A DNA stretch of 63,400 nucleotides, filler included, from Collodictyon triciliatum (taxonomy: Eukaryota), in NCBI GenBank assembly GCA_043381765.1. It is 5 parts of 5 records of this genome, joined end to end, with 100 filler letters (N's around TTAATTAATTAA, not from the genome) between each part and the next. Parts side by side here need not be neighbours in the genome. Positions count along the whole stretch, not along the records: positions 1 to 13,458 come from JBHJMP010000722.1; 4 more parts are not named here. One strand, 5' to 3'. This document shows, piece by piece, positions 1 to 12,369 of the stretch. How positions within the stretch are numbered: position 1 is the first letter of the stretch; each line of letters opens with the position of its first letter. The notes beneath the pieces were generated by a model. The model worked only from the letters and a program-made list of their open reading frames with translations, did not search any database and was not told where the DNA came from. The translations under genes and the position numbers were made by a program.

Positions 1-59
1 TAGCGCATAAAAAAAAAAAAAAAAAAAATTTTAACAGGTATAATAAAAAAAAAAAAAAA

Positions 60-103
<44 letters not shown>

Positions 104-173
104 ATTTGCATTGTATTTATTTATGCAGCCCGATGGGCACAACACAGTTCCTTGTTTTTCACCGGTAGATAAT

Positions 174-1934
174 TTATTGATTCACCTCGTCAGAACAGCT
201 GTTTAAGGATATGCTTTCTTTATTGCATGATGGCCTTGGATCAACTAGATGAGTCATAAGATTTGCTGAGAGAAAACAATGGCTTGATGTCGTGATATCA
301 CGTTCACTTAGTATCGAAAAGTATAATATTCCAAATGTGGAGGTTCTCTGAATAAATCTAATAGACAAACTAATTGGGCATATTCTTTTGGGCAAATCCC
401 TTCCATCAATTGCATATCTCTTTTCTAGACTTGCGGGCAAAGTGAGATTGGCCCCAGGGAGCTTTGTTAAACCATATATTGAGTTATATGAATTGTTCTG
501 AAATGATACTTTGAAGGATCAATAAACAGATATTTCAATAAAGGATATAAAATCATCAATATACTAGCTGTTTGAATAAAAAGTTCAAGATATATAATGC
601 TCTTAGTTCAATTTACCCTAGACGAAGAAACGACAAGTTCGTGGATAGAAAAGCTGATGTCCTACATAATTGATATCCAAATATAAATTTAACTTCAAGT
701 ACCAGAGCTAAAATCTCTCATTTTACAAAAAATTGAAATGAATGGAAAGGAAGAAAAAAAAAACAACTGAATTCCAATTTTATTCAGGTTTTCCTATTAA
801 ATATATGTATACTAACATGAAGCATGTTTTGATGAAGAAGAAAAAACTACAAAAAACAACCTGCGGTACTAAAATTCTATAGAAATTATCATAGAAATGG
901 GGCTTCTCTTCTCTTGAACTATAAACTGGATCCAGTTCAATCACAGAGTTACAAACCTGCAAAACAAAAAAATATTATATTTTTAATCGTCTCAGGCATA
1001 AGCTAACTCGTCTCAGGGCGAAAAAAATGTAAGTCATAATGACAATCTCAAGAAGATCTACATCTAATCCTGAAGTTGACTCGACAACAAATTTTGAAGG
1101 AGACTTTGATTTGATGAGGAAAAATGGGGAGCCTGATAGGCACCCTACAGATGACGTGGCTTTGAAAATAAGTTCGCACATGTAAATGATTTATTCGGAA
1201 AATATTTGGTTTTAAATTGAAACGAGTACCTCCGAAGTCAGTAAAATGACCATGTGAATTGATTTCAGATAAGATGATATAGTCCTTAACATCTATAACT
1301 TCAAATTGTTGTTGGAACACTCTTCGTGGACACTAAAAATTAAGTTATATGAAATGTGATTACTTTCTATCCATCCATACTATGGTAATATAATCAGTAT
1401 ACTTAAATGGAGTACATGACCTACGTGTTCTTTTACATACTTGATAGAAACTAAATGTATAGTCTCCTTTTTACATGATACGAAAAGAGTAGATGAGGTA
1501 ATCTTGAGAGGAAAAAATCGTGAGAATAGGTTTAACTAATTTAGATACTACGACTGGCAAATAAATGTTAGAAAATCAAAATAATGATGAAAAATTAAAC
1601 AAAAAGAAGCTCACGTCAGCACCAGTAAATCCTGGGATGTGGACCTTGGAGAGAAACAATATATCCTAGATTATCATCACTATAGTTATTATCTTTATTA
1701 AATCCTGCAAGGTTAGAGAGAAAGGCTATGTTGACACATACCTATTCAACGAAGAGAGCATATATGATTTTAAATCAAGCTTATGTTAACAAACCTCAAT
1801 TTGGTGATTGTTAACATTCAAAAATAGAATGTATTGAGAACCATTCGCCATACTCGACTTTATATATAAGCTTTCAGATATTTCATTCCAACCCATCGTT
1901 CTACAGGAAAACAAGGAAAAGAATCAATGTTTTC

Positions 1935-2012
<78 letters not shown>

Positions 2013-2935
2013 AGAGAGATTCTCAACGTAGTGGTTTTTATGGAGGACTTCACCACTGACCGGAATTTGTGTCCCGGAATGGTAGGGAGAACGACTTCTC
2101 GATAGAATTTGCCAGAATAAAGTTCGTAAACAAGAACTGAGGATCTATCTGTGAGTGCAAATATGGAATTCTCCTTGGCCTGTGGACCAGCCCATTCATT
2201 TTCTATGTATAAATGAGTTTAAATCTAGAGAAATTTAGCTTTCATCATGAATTAAGATGATTTCATATTCCTTTACATACCTATATGGTATTCCTTGTAT
2301 CGAATAAAGGGAAAAAATAATTTACTGTACCTATGACTTGAATTATCTTCGTTTTGTCATGTATGGTCCTTCTCGGGATGTTAATCGAAAACATGAAAGT
2401 CCCATCTCTAGTTTAAATAATTTTATTATCCAACATTAGGCGCAAGACATCTTTGAAAATAGCAGGTATAGATTTTTCGTGAGTGAAATGGCATTCATGT
2501 TCACATAATAAGTGTGATGTTATTTAGCTCGGTAAAGTTCCGTTCCTTCATTTTTCCATAGTTGAGACCAAAACATTTCAAACCTGTTATATGCATTTGT
2601 AAACTTGTCCATATATACATAATATTGGGATATAATATTTTTCGGTGACGAAATTGTTTTTGTGCAGCGAAACTCCAAGGCACCCTCATGTATCCTAATG
2701 ATTTGTAATGCACCATTCAGGATTTCTGTTCGGAAACTATGAGACAAAATGCACTTGCGCTTCGTGGTCTCTGGGCCGCTTCTTTGGTATAAAACCACTA
2801 TACCATGCTCTGAATATTTGGACTGGACGTTTGTTCAAAAGCCTTCCTGTCTCTCGATCAAGTAAAACACGAAACGTATTTGACCTCTTTAATGGGGATA
2901 TTGTTAATATCTTATTAATCGCATGGGTTCCTTGT
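174..2935 (-). CDS. Multi-exon DCAF17-like protein (DDB1/CUL4-associated factor 17), 5' end lost in the gap at 3014-3113
   Basis: Manually spliced GT-AG exons give SIFALTDRSSVLVYELYSGKFYREVVLPTIPGHKFR/TMGWNEISESLYIKSS and LIFKATSSVGCLSGSPFFLIKS. These resemble the DCAF17 segments LIALTA..LLRIS..TGKILEKIYL...KFRYLSW....E.IAVKS and LFEV......IGG.PWHYI. Last exon stop at 174-176. Confidence 0.55.
2285..2320 (+). mobile_element. Short poly(A)-tailed retro-insertion, family A (diverged), intronic
   Basis: TTGTATCGAATAAAGGGAAAAAA flanked by an imperfect duplication TTTACATACCTAT (2272-2284) / TTTACTGTACCTAT (2321-2334). Confidence 0.55.
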
Positions 2936-3212
2936 CATATGCCCCACCCCCCCCCCCACCCCCCCCCCACCACCAACCCCCCAAACACCTCCATCAAAAC
3001 AAACAAAAAAAAANNNNNNNNNNNNNNNNNNNNNNNNNNNNNNNNNNNNNNNNNNNNNNNNNNNNNNNNNNNNNNNNNNNNNNNNNNNNNNNNNNNNNNN
3101 NNNNNNNNNNNNNTTTTATTTTTTTATTTTTTTATTTTTTTATTTTTTTTTTTTTTTATTTTTTTATTTTTTTTATTTTTTTATTTTTTTTATTTTTTAT
3201 GTTGTCTCTTTT

Positions 3213-3267
3213 TATGCCAACATCCCCACCATCCTGCACAAAATTGAAAGGAAGAATAAAAAAAATA
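3213..3267 (+). mobile_element. Short poly(A)-tailed retro-insertion, family B
   Basis: CCACCATCCTGCACAAAATTGAAAGGAAGAATAAAAAAAA, also at 27500-27545 (-) and 47496-47552 (+). Flanked by ATGTTGTCTCTTTT (3199-3212) / ATGGTGTCTCTTTT (3268-3281). Confidence 0.75.
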
Positions 3268-3373
3268 ATGGTGTCTCTTTTTATTTTGTCTTACTTTGTC
3301 TTACTTTGTCTCTTTTTTTTCTATTTTATGTTGTCTCTTTTCTAATTACTAAAAGTAATCCTCTATTTCCCAG

Positions 3374-3567
3374 CTACGCCGGGTTAGCAAGTCGACTCGA
3401 TGCTTTGGAACGAATGGTTAGCAGAATTTATAACGTACCGAAATTCTACTGTAAAATTAACCACAGTTTTGTATGTGGTTGTAATTTGTCTTGGAAAGTA
3501 TTATTGAGATGTCTAAACACCGGCCGGGCGATATTAATCTTATTATGTATCCTATTATTATTATTTT

Positions 3568-3623
<56 letters not shown>

Positions 3624-3902
3624 AATAAAAAAGCGCGAATGTAATGCCACAATTTACACTAGGTTATTGAGCAGCAAAAGATTATCGAGAACCTTCAAGA
3701 GCAGAACGAGATTTTGCAGGATATCCGGCTCCAAAAGGACCAAACAATTCAGCGTCTTCTGCGTGATTTGCAAGAGTCCACCCCGGAAACCCATCGCCGA
3801 ATGGCACCGGCTTATTATAGGTTTTTGTCTGCACCGCATGCCCACCAACAAAAAGCAAATCATGACCACACCAGCAAATCACTCAATTCCTCGAAAACTT
3901 AA
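3374..3902 (+). CDS. Last two exons of a coiled-coil protein gene; 5' part missing beyond the gap
   Basis: Exon YAGLASRLDALERM splices (GT..AG) in frame to VIEQQKIIENLQEQNEILQDIRLQKDQTIQRLLRDLQE...SSKT*. Confidence 0.6.
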
Positions 3903-4343
3903 ATATATTTAGCAGCAGAGAAAGCGACTTCAATCATCAAAGCCGACGTACACTATACGCAGAATGACAGAGAAGCAAAACATAAAAGAGACGATAAGCA
4001 TCGGTATGGGATTGAATTATACTCGAGCGATACTCTCTGTAAAACTATAATAAGTTGCCTTTAAAACACATCGAAGACCGTTGAAGGAAACTATCAGAAA
4101 CGAATCGCGTTGGGTGTATTGGCCGAGAAGGATATGGTGGGTTATAGCTTCGTTTATGTATGGTGCATGTGCATTTTGGTCTCTCAATAATATGACATGG
4201 ATGGAAGAATATGGTGTTTAAGCGGAGGGAAGTGATATTCGAACTCAAATAGGGAGTATTTGTCCATTAGCGGACGATAGATTGGGATTGAGTTTGGCGA
4301 AAAGGAATGTAGAAAAAACAAAGTGAGAACATTATGGAGGACA

Positions 4344-7252
4344 TCAGAGCGAAGAAAGTGGTGGTAAGTGTGGACGCAAATCGACCACAGAGACGGTTAT
4401 GTTGTCGGACGAACCGCGGCTGATGGCAATCTGAATCAGACGGTCGACGGCAAAGGACGGCTGTGCGCGGTGGTGGAAGACAAAGTCGGCCACTTCCTGG
4501 TTGTCAAAGACGTCCCAGAGTCCGTCTGTGGCGATGATAAGGAAGGCTGGGATTAGCGTAGGCTTGACTTCATGGTTTACAAGGGCTGCGCTATTGAACT
4601 GGTGCTCGATGTCATGTCCATCATCATACAGATTCTCCGAGACTGCAACTTTGTGTATTTGGGGTGTTTCAATAGCGTTCTCGTTGTAAAGACCGATGGC
4701 CACGGGTGAAAGCAGGCTCAGCGGAGATGGGCTTCCAGCTAGTGTCGGACCACACTTGTTTGACATGATTTGGCTGATGTTTCCGATGTGGAGGGGAATG
4801 CCGCGCTCTGCAGACTGGCTAAGCTCGACCTCCACAAACTCTGGCGTTGATATGACAAAAGGCTTCAGGTCTTTGTCTCCAAGAGAGCGCGACGTTGCAA
4901 GGTTTCCCTGCACTCTCCAGCAACCTAGATGTGCGATGAACCCCCCTGAGCTCTCGATGCGAATCTGCTCATCAGGTCGGTTGGGCTTGTGGTCTTGGGA
5001 CATAACTAGGTAAGGGACTCGAACCATCTTGAGAGGAACTTTCTTGACCTTCAAGGCCTCCAGTCCGGTGATAATCTTATCCATGGGGGCGTTGCTGCTG
5101 GGTTGGAATTCTTTTCCGTCCTGGGTACGTTCCTCTTGCTTTGTTTTCTTCATGGCCTCTTGGTGAGCTTTGTGCTCGTCGAGGGCTTTCTGGGATGGCT
5201 GTAGGCAAAGAATGCACCGGGAGTCACCCACATTCGCAACCAGGATGTGTTCTTTGGTAAGCAAAGCTGAGACGCATGTCGATCCGGACGTGAAGCTATT
5301 GGATTCATTTAGTGGGAATTCAAATTAAAAAAAAGTTGTCTGGTGTAATTTCACGAGAGTAAAGAAAATGCGATCGAACACTCACGCTACATTGTTTGTT
5401 TGTTTGTTTGTTTGTTTGTTTGTTTGTTTGTTTGTTTGTTTGTTTGTTTGTTTGTTTGTTTGTTTGTTTGTTTGTTTGTTTGTTTGTTTGTTTTTTTAGA
5501 CAGGGATATGTCAACTATACAAAGATCAATGAAGGAATTACTTTTTTCGCTTGGCTAATTGGAGAAAGTCTGTATCTGTCTTTGCAAATGCCTCTTCCAT
5601 AGCCACGCTCAAATCGATGGGCTCGCCCTTTTTTGCCAAGTTATGTGATGCATGGATGATGTTTCGATGCAAGTTCCTTTTTGCGTAATCAGCAGCCTCC
5701 TGATTGAGAAGAAAGGGTAAAATAATGAGCAGAGTTTCAAACTCACTCATATGTATAAGAGCCTGTCGGAATATTGTTTGGAACGTGTTGTCCAATAACT
5801 TTCATCATGGATATATCAATTCTAACTCGCAAAATGCGAGACCGTTTTGAGGTATTCGATTTATAATTAGAATAAGTAAAAGAGCGATTCAACCAAAAAG
5901 AAATTAGGGTGAAAGAAAATGGTGGCTATGTATATAGAACGAACAAAAACCTTTCCGCAGTGACCATCAAAGACGGAAAATAAGGATGCTCCGTTCAAAG
6001 CGGGTATACCCAGGTCTATGTCGGTGTCTACAGCATGAAAATCTTCCATGGATCCTCTTAATCCCTTCGTTTCAATGAGAATAAGAATAGTGAGAAAGAA
6101 AAAACCAAGTTCTTAAACTTCCTAAACCATCTTAAAATGATATGGCAGGCAGAATCACCTGGGTGTAAGAGACAACATAAGACGGAACATGAGGTTTGCT
6201 TGGCTGTTTTCTGTAGTGTTTGGTAAAGCTCAGTTATGAGGGACAGAAAAACAGGTATTGGGTGCCAGAGTACTTCTTTTTTCTTCTTTTCTTTCTTTGG
6301 GGCTGTGTAGATTCAATTGACTGTGGCAGCTTCCGACACAGCATCAGTAGCTGTGAACAAAGCAGACACAAGCGCACACGGAGTAACACGAACCTGACAA
6401 AAGTGCTTTGAATCTTGCTTGGGCACGTTCTCCAGTACCTTGGGAGGGATGTTTTGAAAGCGTATCCAAAGACGATCAGCCCCACAAAGAACGCAACAAA
6501 GAGCATCTGGAAACAAAGAGAAACGAAGGAGAAGCCCAGAGGAAAGTTTGTGTCAGTGAAGCATAGTCTGTTGTAATAAACCCTGGCTGATAGAAACAAG
6601 GATGAATACTCCAAAAGGATTCGGGACTTCGTTAGAGGCGCTTCTTCGAGCGAGTATTGTTGCAAATAGGCCCAAGCAGACGAACACAAGGGAAAAAGAG
6701 AAGGGGAAAGGGCGGGCGCATTCTGAGGACAACGCAACACACGGCTCTGTGATCAAAGCGACGACACAAAAAGTAAACAAGCTCGGCTGCTTTGATCTGC
6801 GCACCCAAAGGCTGCCCGGATCAAGAGATCTTGTGGTACTCGCAGCAGGCGCCATCTGTCTGACAGCAACCACCACTCCGGTGTATTTACGCTTCTAATA
6901 ACATGGGGATGTTGGGATGGGTGCAGAAAAGAAAAACAAAACAAGATAACGAAGCACACGGGCTTTCCCACCGCCGCATGTCCTTCGTCGTTCCCTGCCT
7001 TTATAGGCGACTTCCCTGCACTTGTTTGATTCGTGATGGATCAATAACGGCACCCGTGGCCTGGAGAAGCCTCATGTTTTGATGTTGTGGCTGAGAAGAA
7101 CGCCAAATCAATGAACCGAAACAAACAAAGGCCAAAATTAGTGATCTGTTGTACCCTTTATGTCTGGGCAACTCTCTCGCCGGTTGAATCTTGGCCTTTG
7201 CTGCTGTTCCCACAGAACGCGGCAGAATTTCTTTGGCTCGCTGCTTGTCCAT
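4344..7252 (-). CDS. PP2C/PPM-family Ser/Thr phosphatase with N-terminal hydrophobic segment, multi-exon
   Basis: Motifs TQ/GLRGSMED, FSVFDGHCG, GSTCV..LVANVGDSR, DHKP, LATSRSLGD, LIIATDGLWD, GSSDNITV. TM-like MLFVAFFVGLIVFGYAF upstream. Start codon uncertain (7252 or 7294). Confidence 0.92.
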
Positions 7253-7869
7253 AGACACTGTTTGAGAGGCATGACAATGAACGCCTAGCTTCATCCTGTG
7301 CCCTTACTCTTTCTCACTCTCTCTGTGCTTACGCAATCATTCACCCATCCAGCCTTCCCCTTTTTCATCTGCGTCGGTCGCAAATGCCACGCGATGCTCT
7401 CACGCACCTTCTCTGAGTGTAGTTCTGCGCCCAAACCCGATGGCATTATTCTAATTTGCTGTACTATGTATTCCAGTTTTGTAAATTTCGATTTCTTTGA
7501 ATTCTATTGAGGTCAAATACCCTGATTTGGGTAATAGACATTTTTATTCTTGTTAGTGTCTGTTGAATGAGAAGCCACATGTGGCCTTTGCAACCGCCGC
7601 TTAGCAATTTTCCAACTTAAACGCAAAGGATACACTTATCATGTCATTATCATTTTTTAATATTTTTTTGGAATTCGTGTCAAAAAAATTATATTTATTG
7701 ATTAAAGATTCAATATAATAGTAAAAGTGATAAAATATTTTATATTCCAAATTCGTTTCAGTTGGCCAGAGTAGCGGTGCATCTTTTTCATGGGTTTTAG
7801 GGAGGAGCGCTACACAATCAAGATTTCATTCCCTTTTCAAATGCGATACATTTCGATCTAATTCATTTA

Positions 7870-8164
7870 TTAGGCAGCGCATCAGCTAAGGCAATGATGG
7901 CCGAGTTACTCAATACTTTTCTTCTTTTCATCCGCAGAAAATAGATGTTTGAAGTTTCTGATGTTCTGGTTATTTGGCGACTTTACAGAACATCGCTTTC
8001 AAGGCTGCATTCTTGTGTGGGATGTCATGTTCAATTTGGTTTCTGGCGCGTTCCTTCCTTTTCACGCTAGCAAGGTATTTCACTAGAACTTGGACAATTA
8101 TGTGCAACCGAGTTCCATATAAATTCATTATTTCCAACAGTCGCAGTCTGGTTTGATGCTCCAA
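7870..8164 (-). mobile_element. Degenerate probable non-LTR retrotransposon ORF2 C-terminal relic
   Basis: YGTRLHIIVQVLVKYLASVKRKERARNQIEH resembles the neighbouring relic at 8370-8620 (YYNRIHL..LAPYLTRWAKERDKEQNQIGH). No splice structure. Confidence 0.3.
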
Positions 8165-8369
8165 GACCTAACTTCATGTACCAGCTATCCATATTATCGT
8201 ATTTCACCACGGATAAATAAAAAAAAAAGACTTTTGTTCACCTCTTCTCACCACCCACAAATTATCCTTCTTTTTTTTGTACTGCCAGCCTCTTGAAACT
8301 TGAATCAAATTAAGAAAATATCAGTGTAATGAAATTAAGCCTCCAACAAGCTAGTTAAGTTCATCCTGT

Positions 8370-8620
8370 TTCTGTCGGCTGGATTGGGCACGGGAGTCTG
8401 TCAATCAGTGGCCTGCTGGTTTTAGCTCCACCAGCTCAATCTTGCACCCGCGGATCGAAGAACAGGATTCTAGTATGCCCTATAATTTCCAGATATGAAA
8501 GTATTCCATGAATGTCCAATCTGATTCTGCTCCTTGTCCCTTTCCTTCGCCCACCGTGTCAGATAAGGAGCAAGAGTGTGGGCACAAATGAATCCGGTTG
8601 TAATAGTCATGCGCGGCCTT
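8370..8620 (-). mobile_element. Degenerate probable non-LTR retrotransposon ORF2 C-terminal relic
   Basis: Frameshifted pieces LEIIGHTRILFFDP and LIDRLPCPIQP align by eye with LNSLLKHARILRYPD...VVRYLPQHIQP of the element at 53912-54205. Confidence 0.4.
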
Positions 8621-8933
8621 TAAAAGAAAGAAACTATTGAACAAAAAATTAGGACACACACAAAGTCAAAATGTAATGAAGGCTGAGTGTGGATATCGTT
8701 TCTTTAAGATTCCAAGCAGATTCATGTTGATTCATGTCTGAACCCGAAATCAAAATGAAATATTCTTGAGTGCTATCACGATTTAAATCATCTTATTATA
8801 TATTTTAAGCATGATTTCTTTTATTTGTAAAAAAGAAAAGATCAGTCAATTACGAGATCTTAAAGCCTAATTTTTAATTTTTATCAGCTATAGTTGCAAT
8901 ATCAAATAATCACCCGGAAATCTGTAGGAGAAT

Positions 8934-11693
8934 ATGGAACACTCAGACTTAGACCCATTGCTTCATCGCATACAATCCCGCGCAATAACTATGGGACTGG
9001 CCAAAGCTGCTACAGAATGTTTCGGTGACATGCTTCGCTCCTGGAGAAATGACCGATTGTTTACAAAGTATAGACCCATTCTAACAACTCCTAAAATTCA
9101 AGAGAGCTATAGGGATGAATGTTTGTACTACCACGCATTTCTCAATTGCATCATTGAAGAGACTCGGTCTCAAGTTCAACAAGGACTGTCATCCCTGAAT
9201 CCTAAGTCTCAAGTGGATTATGAAGTGCTGACATACGGTCGGGTGGTTTCAGATGATAGCTACAGAGAAATACCCCAAAGAAATGGAGGTTACTTAATGA
9301 TAGAATTTGACACAAATTTAATGACCGAAGATGATTTTTATTTAAAACCCTTCCAGTTTGTTGCTGTCTTGACTCACAGTGAAAAAAAATTCTACACAAA
9401 AAAGAAATCAGGGGACAATTATAAACTCTTAGTCGGAGTTACTTACCGTAGAAAAGAAGAAGAAACACTACTAATATCATTTGCAGATTCTGAGAAGGCT
9501 AGCAGGCTTCTTCGACTAGGGAGAGATGACTTTATTTACGCCTTCCCTATCAGCACATTTGTCACCCAGATGAGAGCATTTGTATCATGTATCACAAGGC
9601 CAAAACTTGGTTGGCTTAACGGACTTACTGAAGGCAGAAGCCATAATAAGATTCCAACTGCAGGAGTTCCTGATACGTTTTTATCGAAATTGAACAGAGA
9701 ACAACGCGAAGCAGCGGATACATTTTACCACATGAAAAAAGGTTTATACCTCGTCCAAGGACCTCCAGGCACAGGGAAATCGACTCTAATCATAGCCACA
9801 GCAAGGAAGTTAGTTCGAGAGCAAAGGGCTAGAGTTACCATATGTGTTCATCACAACGAAGGAGTGCATCTCTTAGCGAAAAAGTACATCGACGTAGAAG
9901 GGAAAAACGGTGTATACATTTTGGGTGCTGAGGAAAGTAAACCAAGAGACAAAGACCTTTCGGATGTATTTATATCCACGTATGATCCCACTATTTCCAA
10001 GTTGAAGAAAAATTCAATTAAAGAATCACTCAAAAAAGCCAAAATTATATTTTGCACGGTAACTACCATGGGGTCATCTATGCTTGAAAGAAGAATTCCT
10101 CTCGAAGCTCTCATAATGGACGAGGCTGGCCGCGTTTGCGAGGCAGAGGCGTTGATTGCCTTGGGGGCACTTCCACAAAAATACTTACTTGTGGGAGATA
10201 CAAAACAGCTACCAGCATTGGTCTTGTCAGCTGATTGCTCTGATAGAAGATATGAGCGCTCCATAATGACGCGGATGATTGAAGACCTGCAACAACCCCA
10301 CACCCTTCTTTCTTGTCAATACCGAATGGACCCCATGATTAGTAGTTGGGTGAGAACTAACATATACGAAAATCTTATATATGATTCAGAATATGTGTGT
10401 ACCCGAAAAAACACCGCTGTGGAAACTGCGACCGAGCCCTGGATGGCTCCTCGTAGCTTTATTCACGTTGATGGCCACGAGACCTTGGAAAACAAAGGAC
10501 TTTGGAATAAGAGCGAAGTCAAAACAATAGTCGGTATAATTTGCCAACTTTGGAGGATAAAAGAATATAATAGAGGTGAATACGATACCGTTATTCTTTG
10601 CTATTACAAATTGCAAGTTGAAAAAATCAATAGCGCCCTGAAGGAGAAAGGATTCCCAGAATGTGCCCAAACAGTTGACAGCTCACAAGGAAAGGAATAT
10701 CACACTACAATACTGGCTTTTACCCGAACAAATAATCGAGGCAATATCGGTTTCCTGTCAGACCACAGACGTCTGAATGTTTCACTCACTAGGTCACAAC
10801 ACTCCTTAATTATGGTGGGAAATTACAACACCTTGATAAAAGGCAGCAGGTTTATGGATAACATGTTACTCGATATCAAATCAAGAAACCAAATGTACAA
10901 GCAAATCAAGAAAGGAGTTATAAAACGGATGGGCAATATCAACCCCAACATTACGAACCAAAGTCATCCCAAGACAGTATCAACCCCTCTAACAACCCAT
11001 AATGGCCAAGATGGTTCACCAAAGTTGGGTTCGAATGCTCTAAAAACAACCAAGTTAGTTGAAAATCAGGAGGCTCTTAAACATTCGGGGTTATTCTCAA
11101 GTACGTTGGCCTCCAATCAGAGCAGCACACTAAAAGACAACGAGCAACCGAAAAAGAAACCACAAGAAAAGTCTATGCCAATAGCTATCAAGATTGTCCT
11201 CAGAGTGTCCAATAAAGGGCCACCATATACGACACCAGAGAATGGTCATCAAAAGGTATTTTCTAGCACAAAGTTAATCGAATATTCAATCCCACACTAC
11301 CCCATAGACACCAAGAATGGTAATCAAAAGAATACCAGTCCTCCTGACGTAGTTCTAGAAAAGGGATTCGCACAAAATCACCATGTCGTATCACCGACAT
11401 CACAGATTTCCTTTTTAGCCCAGAAGTTAGACAGCATTTCTCTGTCAACCCCGAGTGAGCGACGAGAAGCAAGCCCATCCGCTTCAATCCAAGAAGTGTC
11501 AGGAAAATTGGGAAAGAATAAGAGGTCGAGAAACCGAAAGAAAAGATTGGTAAATGTTAATCCAGTGGAAGAAGCTCCCAAAAATCATATCAAAAAAGAC
11601 CAACGCAACCAACAGAGCCAAACGCACGGAGAGCAACCAGCAAGTAGCCAGACAGTATTAAACCAAAGAAAGAAACAACGGATTGGATATTAA
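8934..11693 (+). CDS. Intronless SF1 helicase of the UPF1/SEN1/DNA2-NAM7 group (AAA_11/AAA_12) with a disordered basic C-terminal tail
   Basis: 919-aa ORF with Q motif LNREQREA, Walker A QGPPGTGKS, motif II IMDEAGR, III VGDTKQLPA, QYRM, V TVDSSQGKE, GFL and VI RRLNVSLTRS. Confidence 0.93.
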   Translation: MEHSDLDPLLHRIQSRAITMGLAKAATECFGDMLRSWRNDRLFTKYRPILTTPKIQESYRDECLYYHAFLNCIIEETRSQVQQGLSSLNPKSQVDYEVLTYGRVVSDDSYREIPQRNGGYLMIEFDTNLMTEDDFYLKPFQFVAVLTHSEKKFYTKKKSGDNYKLLVGVTYRRKEEETLLISFADSEKASRLLRLGRDDFIYAFPISTFVTQMRAFVSCITRPKLGWLNGLTEGRSHNKIPTAGVPDTFLSKLNREQREAADTFYHMKKGLYLVQGPPGTGKSTLIIATARKLVREQRARVTICVHHNEGVHLLAKKYIDVEGKNGVYILGAEESKPRDKDLSDVFISTYDPTISKLKKNSIKESLKKAKIIFCTVTTMGSSMLERRIPLEALIMDEAGRVCEAEALIALGALPQKYLLVGDTKQLPALVLSADCSDRRYERSIMTRMIEDLQQPHTLLSCQYRMDPMISSWVRTNIYENLIYDSEYVCTRKNTAVETATEPWMAPRSFIHVDGHETLENKGLWNKSEVKTIVGIICQLWRIKEYNRGEYDTVILCYYKLQVEKINSALKEKGFPECAQTVDSSQGKEYHTTILAFTRTNNRGNIGFLSDHRRLNVSLTRSQHSLIMVGNYNTLIKGSRFMDNMLLDIKSRNQMYKQIKKGVIKRMGNINPNITNQSHPKTVSTPLTTHNGQDGSPKLGSNALKTTKLVENQEALKHSGLFSSTLASNQSSTLKDNEQPKKKPQEKSMPIAIKIVLRVSNKGPPYTTPENGHQKVFSSTKLIEYSIPHYPIDTKNGNQKNTSPPDVVLEKGFAQNHHVVSPTSQISFLAQKLDSISLSTPSERREASPSASIQEVSGKLGKNKRSRNRKKRLVNVNPVEEAPKNHIKKDQRNQQSQTHGEQPASSQTVLNQRKKQRIGY

Positions 11694-12369
11694 AGTGGGT
11701 CGTTACAAAATAAAATAATAATAATAATGAAATGAATAATAATGATAATTGTGATTATGGATAAGTTTAGGATTATGATTATGACATTTATAATAACAAT
11801 TCCCCTGACATATCGTTGCACGAGTTTGTGTTACAAGTCGGATGAATAATAAATAATGCTTAAAATGACAGTTATTTACGATATTACAAGGCCAATATAT
11901 TGGGAAATGAAAAATATTTTAACCTACTTATTTGATCTATGTAGTCGGTGAATCCCTGAGGACGTCTGCCCTTACCTTACGTGGCACACACTTACGCACT
12001 TGACAACTGAGAAATGAGAGTTAATGGAATAAAGATGACAAATGATTTCTTTTCTGTTAGTTAAATTATAATGGTACATACATCATAGTAATTTGGTCGA
12101 AAGCTTTCGTCCTTGATTGATTCTTTTATAATGGATAAAACTGTAACATTCAATAAATCCTCTTGATTTCGTACATCATTAAACATAATAAATGCAGTGT
12201 GATTTGGGAATTCTACTTTTTGAACTGGCAGGGTTCAATGACTCGTTTTTTTTTTAGTGAGGAAAAAGTATAGATATAGGAAACTTTAGTTTTATAAATA
12301 AAAGTATCCGTAGAGAAATCCCTAAGAGAGTAAGTTGTTTTTCTTCTTTTCTATCCTTTCTTTCAATTT

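Noticed and set aside
8934-11693. Naming the helicase UPF1 or SEN1, or calling it a Helitron helicase
   Set aside because: It has no UPF1 CH domain or SEN1 N-terminal domain. Helitrons use a PIF1-type helicase fused to Rep, and neither is seen.
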